64,000 bases of DNA from an uncultured candidate division Zixibacteria bacterium (GTDB taxonomy: Bacteria; Zixibacteria; MSB-5A5; UBA10806), in assembly GCA_963817915.1 (NCBI GenBank), contig CAWFQL010000012.1, positions 64,001-128,000 on the forward strand, read 5' to 3'. The first letter of the stretch is position 1. Each line of letters begins with the position of its first letter. Of the stretch, positions 30,262-39,918 are shown in pieces. The position numbers were made by a program, and so were the translations under genes. The notes beneath the pieces are model-generated. The model did not search any database. It worked only from the letters and a program-made list of their open reading frames with translations, and had not been told where the DNA came from.

Positions 30262-30292
30262 AAAACAAAGGGGTTCAAAATTTTGAACCCCT
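30262..30292 (-). terminator. secA terminator; perfect 24-bp palindrome (REP-like)
   Basis: AGGGGTTCAAAATTTTGAACCCCT at 30269-30292, followed on the minus strand by TTGTTTT. Confidence 0.7.
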
Positions 30293-30312
30293 ATGAAACA
30301 GCTTATTCGATT

Positions 30313-33300
30313 TCATTTCCCATGGCAGTGCTTATATTTTTTGCCGCTTCCGCAAGGGCAGGGGTCATTGCGGCCAGGAGTTTTTTCGACTCGAATGGGC
30401 TTAATTTTTTCTTCGCCTCGCTCGGCGGCCTCTTCCATAGGTGAGACCCGGCCTTCCGGCAATCCGGCTGAGATTCCCATTCCGACTGCTGATTGCTTGG
30501 CGGCGACCATTTGGCCGCGCGGCATCCTGGTCGGTTCGCTGGCGGGCTTCATCTTGTAAATCATCCCGACAACTTCTTCATCCATACGGGCCATCATGGT
30601 TTCGAATGCGGCGTAGGCTTCTTTTTTGTATTCAATAACAGGGTCGCGTTGGCCATAGGCTCTCAATCCGATACCGGTTTTGAGGTGATCCATCTCATAG
30701 AGATGCTCTTTCCAATTGTTGTCATAGACCGAGAGAAACGCAAATCGTTCCAATTGCCGCATGATCTCTTCGCTGAGAATCTGCTCTTTATCGTTGTAGA
30801 TTTTGAGAGCGGCATTGGTAACATCTTCGATTACCTTATGCTGATTGAGATTTTCGATCTCATTTTCAGGGTAATGAATATCAAGCAGGAATATTTTTCG
30901 CAGCTCTTCACGAAGGCCGAGCAGATTCCAATTTTCAGGATATGATTTTTCAGGGCAATACTCCCATACCTTTTTCTCTACAATAACATGCACCATTTCC
31001 TGCGCGTCATTTTTCAGATTCTTGCCCTGCAAAAATTCATTGCGCCGTTCGTAAATAACCTCGCGCTGTGAATTCATGACATTATCGTATTCGACCAGGT
31101 TTTTCCTGATCGAGAAGTTATTGTACTCGACCTGTTTTCTGGCGCGTTCGATTGCTTTTGTAACCATGCTGTGATTGATTGCCTCGCCCTCTTTCCAGCC
31201 GAGAGTATCCATGACTTTTTCAATTCGTCCGCCGCCGAAAATACGCATCATGTCATCTTCGAGCGATAGATAGAATGTGGAAGACCCGGGATCACCCTGA
31301 CGGCCCGCGCGGCCTCTAAGCTGACGATCTATACGGCGCGATTCATGCAGGTCGGTACCGATGATATGCAGCCCGCAGGGGACATCATCATCACATATCA
31401 ATTCTTTATAGAATGGGCACTCATTATCGGGATTCATGCGCGCGATCAGCATGCAGGCATTTGATTTGACTACTTCTTTGGCTAATTTGATATCTGTTCC
31501 GCGGCCTGCCATATTGGTGGCAATAGTTACCGCCCCCTGATTGCCTGCCTTGGATACTATTTCCGCTTCCTGCTGATGGTATTTGGCATTTAGGACAGAA
31601 TGTCCGATACCCTGACGTTTGAGCATCTTCGATAATGTCTCCGAGACCTCGACCGAAATCGTACCGACAAGAACCGGGATATTTCTACTATGCAGTCTGA
31701 CAATCTCTTCAATGATAGCATTATATTTTTCTCTGCGTGTGCGGTAAATCGTATCATCGAAATCTAATCGTCGCACAGGCTGATTGGTTGGGATTACTAT
31801 TACATCGAGTTTGTATATTTCAAAGAATTCAGCCGCCTCGGTCTCGGCAGTACCGGTCATACCGGCCAATTTGCTGTACATTCTGAAAAAGTTTTGCAGA
31901 GTGATAGTGGCCAGAGTCTGGGTTTCGCCCTCGATATTTACGCCTTCTTTGGCTTCGATTGCCTGATGGAGTCCGTCGGAGTAACGGCGCCCCGGCATCA
32001 TTCTGCCGGTGAATTCATCGACAATCAAGACTTTGCCTTCCTGCACGACATACTCGACATCTTTTTCGAATAGCTGGTAGGCACGCAGAAGCTGATTGAT
32101 GGCGTGATTTTTCTCCGACTTTTCACCATTGAGCGTATAGAGCTCTTCTTTTTTCTGATTTTTTTGAGCGTCAGTGAGTTCGGGATCGGAATCGATTTGC
32201 ACTAATCCTTCGTTGATATCAGGGATTTCGAAAAGCTTCTGGTCGTCGGGGGCCATCATCTTCAATCCGATATCATTGAGATAGACCGTATGCTCTCGCT
32301 CATCGATTGTGAAATAGAGCTTTTCATCAATCGTATGGAGAATTTTGTCGCGGCGAAGGACAAGCTCTCTTTGCTCGACATACTGCCTAACGCCTTTTTC
32401 TTTATACAGTTTTATCAATCTCTTATTTCTCGGCGCGCCTCGATGGGCCAAGAGCAATTTTTCTGAGGCTTCCTCAACATTGCCTTCTTCGAGAAGCTTT
32501 TCGGCATCGCCGATTAATTGCGCGACCATCTGGTTCTGCTTCTTGACTACATTGGCGACCAACGGCCTCATCTCATCGAATCTGAAATTGAGCGTCGATT
32601 CCACCGGGCCCGATATGATAAGCGGGGTACGGGCTTCGTCTATAAGCACCGAATCGACTTCATCGACTATGGCATATGCGAAACCGCGCTGGACCTGATC
32701 GATCGATCGTACCGACATATTATCGCGCAAGTAATCAAATCCGAATTCGTTATTGGTCCCGTAGGTAATATCGCAGGCGTATTGCACCCGGCGTTCCTCG
32801 TTGTTCATCTCATTTTGGATACATCCGACTGTCAGGCCGAGGAATTCGTAGACTTTGCCCATCCACTGAGCGTCACGGCGGGCGAGGTAGTCGTTGACTG
32901 TAACAAGATGCGCGCCGCGGCCAACAAGCGCGTTTAGATATAATGGCATGGTCGCCACGAGGGTCTTGCCTTCGCCGGTCGCCATCTCAGCGATTTTGCC
33001 CTGATGAAGCACAATCCCGCCGATAAGCTGGACATCGTACGGCACCATCTCCCATCTATATTCGATTCCGCTGACATCCCAGGTTTTACCTACCAGGCGG
33101 CGGCAGGCCTCTTTGACCATCGCGAACGCTTCCGGCAGGACTTCGTTAATTTTGACATCTAATCTTTGCTGATGCTCTTTTCTATATATCGCGGACTCCA
33201 TGGTTTCTTTGTCGAGCTCGGTGTCGAGCTGATCGAGGAGCGATTTGAATTCGGCCTTGAATTCTCCTGAACGCTGAGGAAACCACTCATCCGGCTTGTC

Positions 33301-33408
33301 ATGGAGCGTTTCGAAGATTTCGTTGATCTCATCGACTATGGGCCGGAGCTTTTTGACGTCTCTATCTGATTTATTTCCGAATATTTTTTCTAATGCATTC
33401 CCAAACAT
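30313..33408 (-). CDS. secA: Preprotein translocase subunit SecA
   Basis: MATGEGKT, DEVD, GMTGTA, ATNMAGRGTDI, QLRGRAGRQGD, C-terminal SEC-C CPCGSGKKYKHCH. Confidence 0.98.
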   Translation of the reverse strand: MFGNALEKIFGNKSDRDVKKLRPIVDEINEIFETLHDKPDEWFPQRSGEFKAEFKSLLDQLDTELDKETMESAIYRKEHQQRLDVKINEVLPEAFAMVKEACRRLVGKTWDVSGIEYRWEMVPYDVQLIGGIVLHQGKIAEMATGEGKTLVATMPLYLNALVGRGAHLVTVNDYLARRDAQWMGKVYEFLGLTVGCIQNEMNNEERRVQYACDITYGTNNEFGFDYLRDNMSVRSIDQVQRGFAYAIVDEVDSVLIDEARTPLIISGPVESTLNFRFDEMRPLVANVVKKQNQMVAQLIGDAEKLLEEGNVEEASEKLLLAHRGAPRNKRLIKLYKEKGVRQYVEQRELVLRRDKILHTIDEKLYFTIDEREHTVYLNDIGLKMMAPDDQKLFEIPDINEGLVQIDSDPELTDAQKNQKKEELYTLNGEKSEKNHAINQLLRAYQLFEKDVEYVVQEGKVLIVDEFTGRMMPGRRYSDGLHQAIEAKEGVNIEGETQTLATITLQNFFRMYSKLAGMTGTAETEAAEFFEIYKLDVIVIPTNQPVRRLDFDDTIYRTRREKYNAIIEEIVRLHSRNIPVLVGTISVEVSETLSKMLKRQGIGHSVLNAKYHQQEAEIVSKAGNQGAVTIATNMAGRGTDIKLAKEVVKSNACMLIARMNPDNECPFYKELICDDDVPCGLHIIGTDLHESRRIDRQLRGRAGRQGDPGSSTFYLSLEDDMMRIFGGGRIEKVMDTLGWKEGEAINHSMVTKAIERARKQVEYNNFSIRKNLVEYDNVMNSQREVIYERRNEFLQGKNLKNDAQEMVHVIVEKKVWEYCPEKSYPENWNLLGLREELRKIFLLDIHYPENEIENLNQHKVIEDVTNAALKIYNDKEQILSEEIMRQLERFAFLSVYDNNWKEHLYEMDHLKTGIGLRAYGQRDPVIEYKKEAYAAFETMMARMDEEVVGMIYKMKPASEPTRMPRGQMVAAKQSAVGMGISAGLPEGRVSPMEEAAERGEEKIKPIRVEKTPGRNDPCPCGSGKKYKHCHGK

Positions 33409-33532
33409 GGTTAAGACTCCCTTGCTATGATCGAAGTATATGGAGATGTATATTCTGATTCAAGCGAAAAGTTGCAGGGCGGAAAACGGGGGATTACTCG
33501 CGCGGCCGATGGACTCACGCGGACGATGCTTT

Positions 33533-33556
33533 GCGTCGGGTAAGGCGACCCGACAC
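33533..33556. repeat. GC-rich intergenic hairpin (REP-like or terminator)
   Basis: GTCGGGT-AAGGCG-ACCCGAC. Confidence 0.45.
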
Positions 33557-33590
33557 CGTGAAAATATTATCCACTCCTTTTGTAATTAAT

Positions 33591-35066
33591 TTAGTATTCG
33601 CACCAGCCCGGTTCCGGGGCTGGGCCTCGTCCTTTGTAATAGTTGACCATGAAAGTAACATCCAAGAGATTCACAAGACAATCACCATTGGCGTCCGCCC
33701 GCAGGCGAGGTTCAGGAATTGGATCGGGATGGTATTTTATGTAGTTTACCAAATAGATCATGTCCAATCCGTTGGTCACGCCGTCTGCGTTAACATCGCC
33801 CGGGTAATAGCTTGAAGCTACTCTTAAGACATCGGTCAACACTTGTGTAGAGGTTTTAGGGTTTAGTATAATATCACGGCTGCCGGGGGTTTTGAATTTT
33901 CTAATATATGAATAATTATTTGATGCCCTGAATCTTAATATTTCATCCCAGGTATTATTCGCCGATGATCTCAAAATTACTACGTCGGAACCGATACATA
34001 ACGCTATTTCGGAATCGCTTTCCCCCGTAAAATTACCTACCACCATATCGTCATCGGAAAACCCAAAACCGCTAAATTCTTGCCTATAAACCAACTCAAA
34101 TCGGTTATCTCCCGTAGCTTCAAATATTGAGAAAGCCTTGCCTTCCATACCACCTGACGCGACCATAAATTCATTAATGCCGTCATGATCAGTGTCGCCG
34201 ATAAATTCGGTGGAATAGGCGCTTGGCCCCCCAGCATAATCCTGCCAGACGAAATCATATAAATCATTACCGATATTTTCGAATATGATAATTTCTCCAT
34301 GAATTCCCCCGGCAAATATCTCAATTCTGCCGTCTCCATCGAGATCACCCCAGCTTGGCTCGCCTACATAGTCATTAACATAATCACCGAATCTAATCGC
34401 GGCCTTATATTCAAATTCATGTTGGTCATTAATGCCGTAAATTTGATATCCAACCCATGTTCGGCCATTAGGATAAAACATTATTTCGTCTAAACCATTA
34501 TTGTCTATATCGCCTAATTTCTGGTTAATGATGCAATAGCAGTTCTGATTAATAAACCATATTAAGGAATCGGGATAACCGTAATAATTTGAGCTCTCAA
34601 AAAGAGATAATCCCGATTCACTATAAGTTAATAATTCCATAAAATTGTCACCATCAGTATCTCCAAATCCTCGGGGTACTACAGCGCCGATCGGGCCCAA
34701 ATTGATAATTTCAAAATTCCAAGGCGACGTAAGAGTGTCCAAATATAAATTCCCCATGTACCATCCATAAATCTCTTCAGTACCGGAGTGATTCAAATCG
34801 CCAGTTTCTATATCCGCGTACCAGGGCAAGGTTGTTAATCTTTCAAAATAATACCAGGGTCTTATGGAATCTTCAGTGGCAATTTCTGGCGGAGCAGGTT
34901 GATCATTATCCCGGCCGGATGGCCCTATCCAATAAGGCCTAATATACCCTGTTCTTAGGTCTTTAATCTCTATTCTATTGTTGTCCTGGCTGACAATCTC
35001 AAATCCCGGGGGGAAATCAATCGCCATCGCCATGACAGGAATCAGCCATATTATCAGAGCTTTCAG
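33591..35066 (-). CDS. Secreted FG-GAP/VCBS-repeat protein with C-terminal dockerin; probable CTG start
   Basis: Repeated GDxDxDGxxE loops; dockerin pair GDVNADG-NGLD and DANGDC-NLLD; GGAGG-N4-CTG opens signal peptide KALIIWLIPVMAMA. Confidence 0.85.
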   Translation of the reverse strand: MKALIIWLIPVMAMAIDFPPGFEIVSQDNNRIEIKDLRTGYIRPYWIGPSGRDNDQPAPPEIATEDSIRPWYYFERLTTLPWYADIETGDLNHSGTEEIYGWYMGNLYLDTLTSPWNFEIINLGPIGAVVPRGFGDTDGDNFMELLTYSESGLSLFESSNYYGYPDSLIWFINQNCYCIINQKLGDIDNNGLDEIMFYPNGRTWVGYQIYGINDQHEFEYKAAIRFGDYVNDYVGEPSWGDLDGDGRIEIFAGGIHGEIIIFENIGNDLYDFVWQDYAGGPSAYSTEFIGDTDHDGINEFMVASGGMEGKAFSIFEATGDNRFELVYRQEFSGFGFSDDDMVVGNFTGESDSEIALCIGSDVVILRSSANNTWDEILRFRASNNYSYIRKFKTPGSRDIILNPKTSTQVLTDVLRVASSYYPGDVNADGVTNGLDMIYLVNYIKYHPDPIPEPRLRADANGDCLVNLLDVTFMVNYYKGRGPAPEPGWCEY

Positions 35067-35081
35067 AAAGCCTCCAGTTGT
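34993..35081. repeat. 89-bp direct repeat, copy 1 (RBS plus signal peptide)
   Basis: 86 of 89 bases identical to 36519..36607 by manual alignment. Confidence 0.9.
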
Positions 35082-35094
35082 CCGGGAAGTGATT

Positions 35095-36592
35095 TTATCC
35101 ATCTAAATCGTTTTGACACCAGCCTGGTTGCGGGAGCGGTCCAACGCCTTTTATGTAATTAACCAGAAAAGTGACATCTAAAAAATTAATTGTGCAATCG
35201 CCATTGGCATCCCCGCGCGCAAAAGGCCCAGGCAGACTCTGTATTCTTCCTTTCAAGTAATTGACCAGATAGACAACATCAAGACCGTTGACTTTGCCGT
35301 TGTCATTAACATCCCCAGGCAAAAATTCATCGGAAGTCTTTAAAATGCGGGTTTTCCAAGGAGGGCCTGAAACCGTATTTATTATAAAATCATTATAATT
35401 TTGATTAAACTTGCAGGGGAATAATTCTAGATATAAATCGATGTTTCTATAACGTGCGATCTCTCGCCAGTCATTATCTCCAAATGCCCTGATAATTGTA
35501 ATATTCCATCCCGTGCAAAGAGCAATTTCCCTATAGCCATTGCCGGTAAAATCGCCAACTACAATATCGCCATCTGAAGCCCAATATCTATTTATCCCCT
35601 GCCGCCAGGCTAATTGAAATTGGTTATCCGCTGCCAGTCGCCTCATAGATGGAAAAAACAATTCCCCCATATCCCCATATATCATTTCCTGCGACCATGA
35701 ACTCGTTTAATCCGTCTCCATCGGTATCGACAAGATATTCGGTGGAATAGGCATTGGGAGCCCCGGCGCTATCTTGCCAGACAAACTCAAAGGAATCATC
35801 TGCCACATTCTCATACATGATGATTTCGCCGTGAATTCCTCCCGCGAAGACCTCGTTTCTGCCGTCGCTATCTATATCCCCCCAACTCGGCTCACCGGTA
35901 TAATCATAAACATGATCGAAAAACCTGATCGCCGTCTTCCATTCGTAACTGCTGTCGCCATCAAATTCATATATCTGGTAGCCATAAGCCCTCTGACCGA
36001 AGTAAAGAAGAATTTCTCCAAGACCATCAGTATCTAAATCGCCTAATTTTTCATTCCTAAGGCAATGACAATCTTCATTTATACAAAAAAGCCTTCTTGA
36101 AAGGGGATAATCGTAGTATGCATCGCTCTCATATAAAATTATAGATGTATCCTGAACCGCAAGTAACTCCATTAGCCCATTGTTATTAGTATCACCAAAA
36201 TATTTTGGGCGGCCGATGTCTCCTAAATTACGCTCATTAAAAATCCATTCACCTGATAGAGTATCTAGGTATGTATTCATATCTGCCCACCCATAGATTT
36301 CCGCAATCCCCGAATGGTTTAGATCGCCGGCTACAGCATATCGATACCAGGGCAATTCCGCGACCTGGTTGAAGTAATACCATGGCCTGACAGTATCTTC
36401 GTCGTCCATCTGATCCAGCGTTATAGAATTTATATCGAAATTTGAGGGGCCGATCCAATATGGCTTAATATATCCAGTAAGCGTATCTCTCACCTCAATA
36501 CGATTGCCATCCTGTTTTACAATCTCAAATCCCGGCGGGATATCAATCGCCATCGCCATGACAGGAATCAGCCATATTAACAGAGCTTTCAG
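35095..36592 (-). CDS. Paralogous FG-GAP + dockerin protein, frameshifted near 35630; probable CTG start
   Basis: Halves align to the paralogue (IYEATG then DNQFQLAWRQ vs FEATGDNRFELVYRQ); dockerin GDVNDNG and GDANGDC. Confidence 0.8.
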
Positions 36593-36607
36593 AAAGCCTC
36601 CAGTTGT
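36519..36607. repeat. 89-bp direct repeat, copy 2
   Basis: 86 of 89 bases identical to 34993..35081. Confidence 0.9.
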
Positions 36608-36614
36608 TTGTATA

Positions 36615-36643
36615 AATTTAATAATCGACTCCCAAATTGTCAA
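36615..36643 (-). promoter_or_regulatory. Sigma70-type promoter for the FG-GAP/dockerin pair
   Basis: Minus strand TTGACA-N17-TAAATT just downstream of the kinase terminator. Confidence 0.65.
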
Positions 36644-36650
36644 TATAAAT

Positions 36651-36685
36651 AAAAGGAGCCCGGCAACCATACGCTGCAAGGCTCC
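36651..36685 (-). terminator. Terminator of the kinase gene
   Basis: Minus strand GGAGCC-GCAGC-loop-GTTGC-GGCTCC followed by TTTT. Confidence 0.6.
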
Positions 36686-36707
36686 CACCTTTATCTTGAA
36701 AAAATAA

Positions 36708-38984
36708 CTATATCAATTTTCGCAGGATTTCGGCGATATCCCTGGCCTTCTGGAAACGAAGCTCCGGGTCTTTCACGATTGCCTTAGTAACAATCTTATC
36801 GAAAATCCGCGGGATATCGAGATTTATCTCTGATGGCAACGGCGGATTGGTATGCAATATAGAATATATCAAGGCCGATATGGTTTCGCCCTTGAATGGT
36901 CTCTCCATCGTGAGCAATTCATAAAATACAACACCAAGCGAGAATATATCGGAACGTCTATCTACCGGCATTCCCTTAAGCTGTTCGGGGGAGATGTAGT
37001 TGGGAGTGCCTAATGTCGTACCGGTCTGAGTCATCGACGCTGATTTATCGACTCTGGCTATGCCGAAATCCATGACCTTGATCTTGTTGGCTTCGAGTAC
37101 CATGATATTTGCGGGCTTGATGTCGCGATGGACAATGCCGTTCTCATGGGCGTAGTCGAGGCCGTCGCAGACCTGTATCATAATTTTCGATAATGTCCTG
37201 TAATCCCAGTCGGCTCTTCTCCTGATAATGCTTTCCAGAGTCTCGCCTTCCAGATACTCCATAGCGATATATTGGATAGGGCCTTCTTCGCCGGCATCGT
37301 AGATAGTAACGATATTGGGATGAGAAAGCTTTCCCGCAGCCTTGGCTTCGCGCGTCAACCGTTCTTTTAATTCACCAACATCGATTGAATCTGCTATCTG
37401 GTCAACACGAATAGTCTTCAATGCTACCAACCGATCGATTGCCGGATCAAGACCCTTATAGACCATGCCCATGGCGCCTTTGCCGATCGGGCCTATAACC
37501 TGATATCTTCCGAAATGATCCAATTCCTCCTCGGGCGCGACCGCTACGGATGAGCTCCGCTGAGATAATGGGCGAGTGGACTGGCCGCGATCTTGGCCTC
37601 TCTTTCCCGGCGTATTACCCGAATTACCTTTGAAATTTTTTGATTTTTGCCCTCGTGAATCTCCTTCGATCTCGAAAGCCGAATTATTCGATGACAACAA
37701 GGTTTCATAATCCACTTCCTCGTCATCTTCTTCATCCGCTTTTTTGTGGAATGATATCCTGCCGTCCATTCTAACAATAGGAGCGGCTATCATGAAGATC
37801 ACGATTTCAATAACCGGATACAAAGTCTTGGTTACGATATTGAATGATGAAAACAGTACATAATTGAGATTCACTATAACGATCATGAAAATTACCAACG
37901 CGGCGACTCGTAATAATAATGATATCTTGGGCAATACAAATGCCCCGAAAAGACCTATGATAAGTATTATCGCCAGGTTGATATTGATATTTCCGCTGGC
38001 TCCCTTTAATAAATTGCCATGTATGATATTTTCGATAATATTCGCCGAGATTTCAGCGCCGTTTATTCTCTTCGACGATGGCGATGAAAAAAGATCCGGC
38101 GTGCCAAATGCGGTATAGCCAACGATGACAAGCCTGCCGCTCAACTCGTTGGGAGCGGTCCTTTTATTCATGATATCGGAAGCCGAATAATATTTGAATG
38201 TGTTCTCGGGCCCGTTGAAATTGATTCTGATTCGTCCCTTTGAATCTGTCGGGATTTCTCGTTGTCCCAATACCAACCCTTTGCCAACCTTAATTCTCAG
38301 TTCAGATTGCCTGAGATTATAGAAATGAGCGACAGCTTCTACTTGAGCCGATGGGAAAAATTCGCCTCTATAACCGATAATTAATGGTTGCCAGCGGATA
38401 ATCTGGTCAGGGTCTGGATCGTGATTGTTAAAACCCAATCCGGCGGCAGAATCGACAATGCCTGCCTCGGGAATATTAATCATTGACGCCGCTTCGGGAG
38501 GGTATTTGGCAAATAATGAAGGGTCATCAATTGATGAGATAACATTCTCCGCGAAACCTGCCGGCAAAAATCGTCCGGCGCCCGGTGTCGCATTTTTCGA
38601 ATAATCATATCCGAGAACAACATTCCCGGCGGCGGCCAGGGCGTGGGGAAGAGAATCAATTTCCGTAGAATCAGATTCGATTTTGCTTGATGGTAATGGT
38701 AAATCGAGAAGAATTGTTTTTGGATTCTGCGCCGCAATGGCATCGATCAGTCCCGCGATTTTATCATTTTTCCAGGGCCAGATACCGAATTTATTCAGGC
38801 TGGGGTCATCAACCGCGACTATAACTATATCCTGCGGAGTTGGGCCCTGCCCTCGCAAACGGAACATATAATCCTGAATCGCCAATTCGACTTTTTCAAA
38901 GTTGTTATGATGGTCGAGATATAGGCTTAAAACCAGAACTGTAATCAATATATATAGAATGAAGCCTGAATATTTTTTCAACAT
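36708..38984 (-). CDS. CHASE2 sensor domain / Hanks-type Ser/Thr protein kinase
   Basis: IVIVAVDD-WPW, DPDQIIR, G-EI-AN (CHASE2) plus 3 TM segments; GKGAMG, VALK, HRDIKPAN, DFG, GTPNYISPE. Confidence 0.92.
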   Translation of the reverse strand: MLKKYSGFILYILITVLVLSLYLDHHNNFEKVELAIQDYMFRLRGQGPTPQDIVIVAVDDPSLNKFGIWPWKNDKIAGLIDAIAAQNPKTILLDLPLPSSKIESDSTEIDSLPHALAAAGNVVLGYDYSKNATPGAGRFLPAGFAENVISSIDDPSLFAKYPPEAASMINIPEAGIVDSAAGLGFNNHDPDPDQIIRWQPLIIGYRGEFFPSAQVEAVAHFYNLRQSELRIKVGKGLVLGQREIPTDSKGRIRINFNGPENTFKYYSASDIMNKRTAPNELSGRLVIVGYTAFGTPDLFSSPSSKRINGAEISANIIENIIHGNLLKGASGNININLAIILIIGLFGAFVLPKISLLLRVAALVIFMIVIVNLNYVLFSSFNIVTKTLYPVIEIVIFMIAAPIVRMDGRISFHKKADEEDDEEVDYETLLSSNNSAFEIEGDSRGQKSKNFKGNSGNTPGKRGQDRGQSTRPLSQRSSSVAVAPEEELDHFGRYQVIGPIGKGAMGMVYKGLDPAIDRLVALKTIRVDQIADSIDVGELKERLTREAKAAGKLSHPNIVTIYDAGEEGPIQYIAMEYLEGETLESIIRRRADWDYRTLSKIMIQVCDGLDYAHENGIVHRDIKPANIMVLEANKIKVMDFGIARVDKSASMTQTGTTLGTPNYISPEQLKGMPVDRRSDIFSLGVVFYELLTMERPFKGETISALIYSILHTNPPLPSEINLDIPRIFDKIVTKAIVKDPELRFQKARDIAEILRKLI

Positions 38985-39189
38985 AAATCCAAAACATCCC
39001 CTCCCATCAAGGGCACGGAATAATTTTCGGTGTCTGCGCCTGTCAGCAACGTTCTTCCCCACTAATTAAATCGTCATAAATGCTCAAAGATTTAGCAATT
39101 AAGGCAACTATTTTGCCTTATTATTAAGGCGAGAGATGATTATAAAAAATAAGTGGTTGTATTAGATTAATATAAAGGAATATCAGGGA

Positions 39190-39918
39190 TTATCTGCCTA
39201 CCGCAAGCCTATCAATCAGGTATTCGGGCAGGCCGATTTTAGCCATGCTTTGCTGAGTGGATTTAATATCGTAAGCGACTCTCTTGAGCGTGACCGTATT
39301 TAGCTTATTGTCATAAATAAGATAACAGCTTCTGGGATCGCCATCGCGGGGCTGTCCCACTGACCCAATATTTATCAGATATCGACGTTCGGGCTTGATC
39401 GGTTCAACTGTCTCTTTTGAGAGATCGGCGGCCTGGTTTTCATCAACCGAGACTATATATGGCCTGTGTGTATGGCCTACTATACATATTTTTTGTTTGA
39501 AAAATTCGAAGTTTTCCTTGGCATCTTCCATATCGAGAATATAATGCCACCGCTCTGGTTCTTTCGGAGACGCGTGAACCAATAGCATATCGCCGAGTTC
39601 GTAAGAAATCTCGAAATTGGACATTACTTCAATGGTCTTTTTGGAAATTGAATTTTTGGTCCAGCCCATCGATTCGGCGGCGTATTGATTGAAGAAATCC
39701 GTATCCATAAGTCCAAGCGCCGCATAATCATGATTGCCCATCAATTTGATCTCGGCAATATCCTTGATCAGGCGAACACACTCGTCTGGATTGGGGCCAT
39801 AACCGACAGCATCACCCAGAAAAAATAATTTATCAATTTTTTCGGAACGGAAATCTATGATGCAGGCCTTTAGGGCCTCCAAGTTGGCGTGAACATCAGA
39901 AAAAAAGCCGTATTTCAT
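39190..39918 (-). CDS. Metallophosphoesterase family protein
   Basis: SDVHAN, LGDAVGYG, GNHD, GHTH, NIGSVGQPRDG. Confidence 0.92.
   Translation of the reverse strand: MKYGFFSDVHANLEALKACIIDFRSEKIDKLFFLGDAVGYGPNPDECVRLIKDIAEIKLMGNHDYAALGLMDTDFFNQYAAESMGWTKNSISKKTIEVMSNFEISYELGDMLLVHASPKEPERWHYILDMEDAKENFEFFKQKICIVGHTHRPYIVSVDENQAADLSKETVEPIKPERRYLINIGSVGQPRDGDPRSCYLIYDNKLNTVTLKRVAYDIKSTQQSMAKIGLPEYLIDRLAVGR

Noticed and set aside
33475..33560. Minus-strand GACGCAAAGC upstream of secA resembling a c-di-GMP-I riboswitch
   Set aside because: It lacks the GGCAAAC segment and GNRA tetraloop, and lies upstream of the likely secA promoter (TTGAAT-N17-TATACT)
34993..36607. 89-bp repeat as a DGR template/variable repeat pair or CRISPR
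   Set aside because: Only two copies, located at gene 5' ends; the mismatches are not adenine-specific; no reverse transcriptase or cas gene in the window
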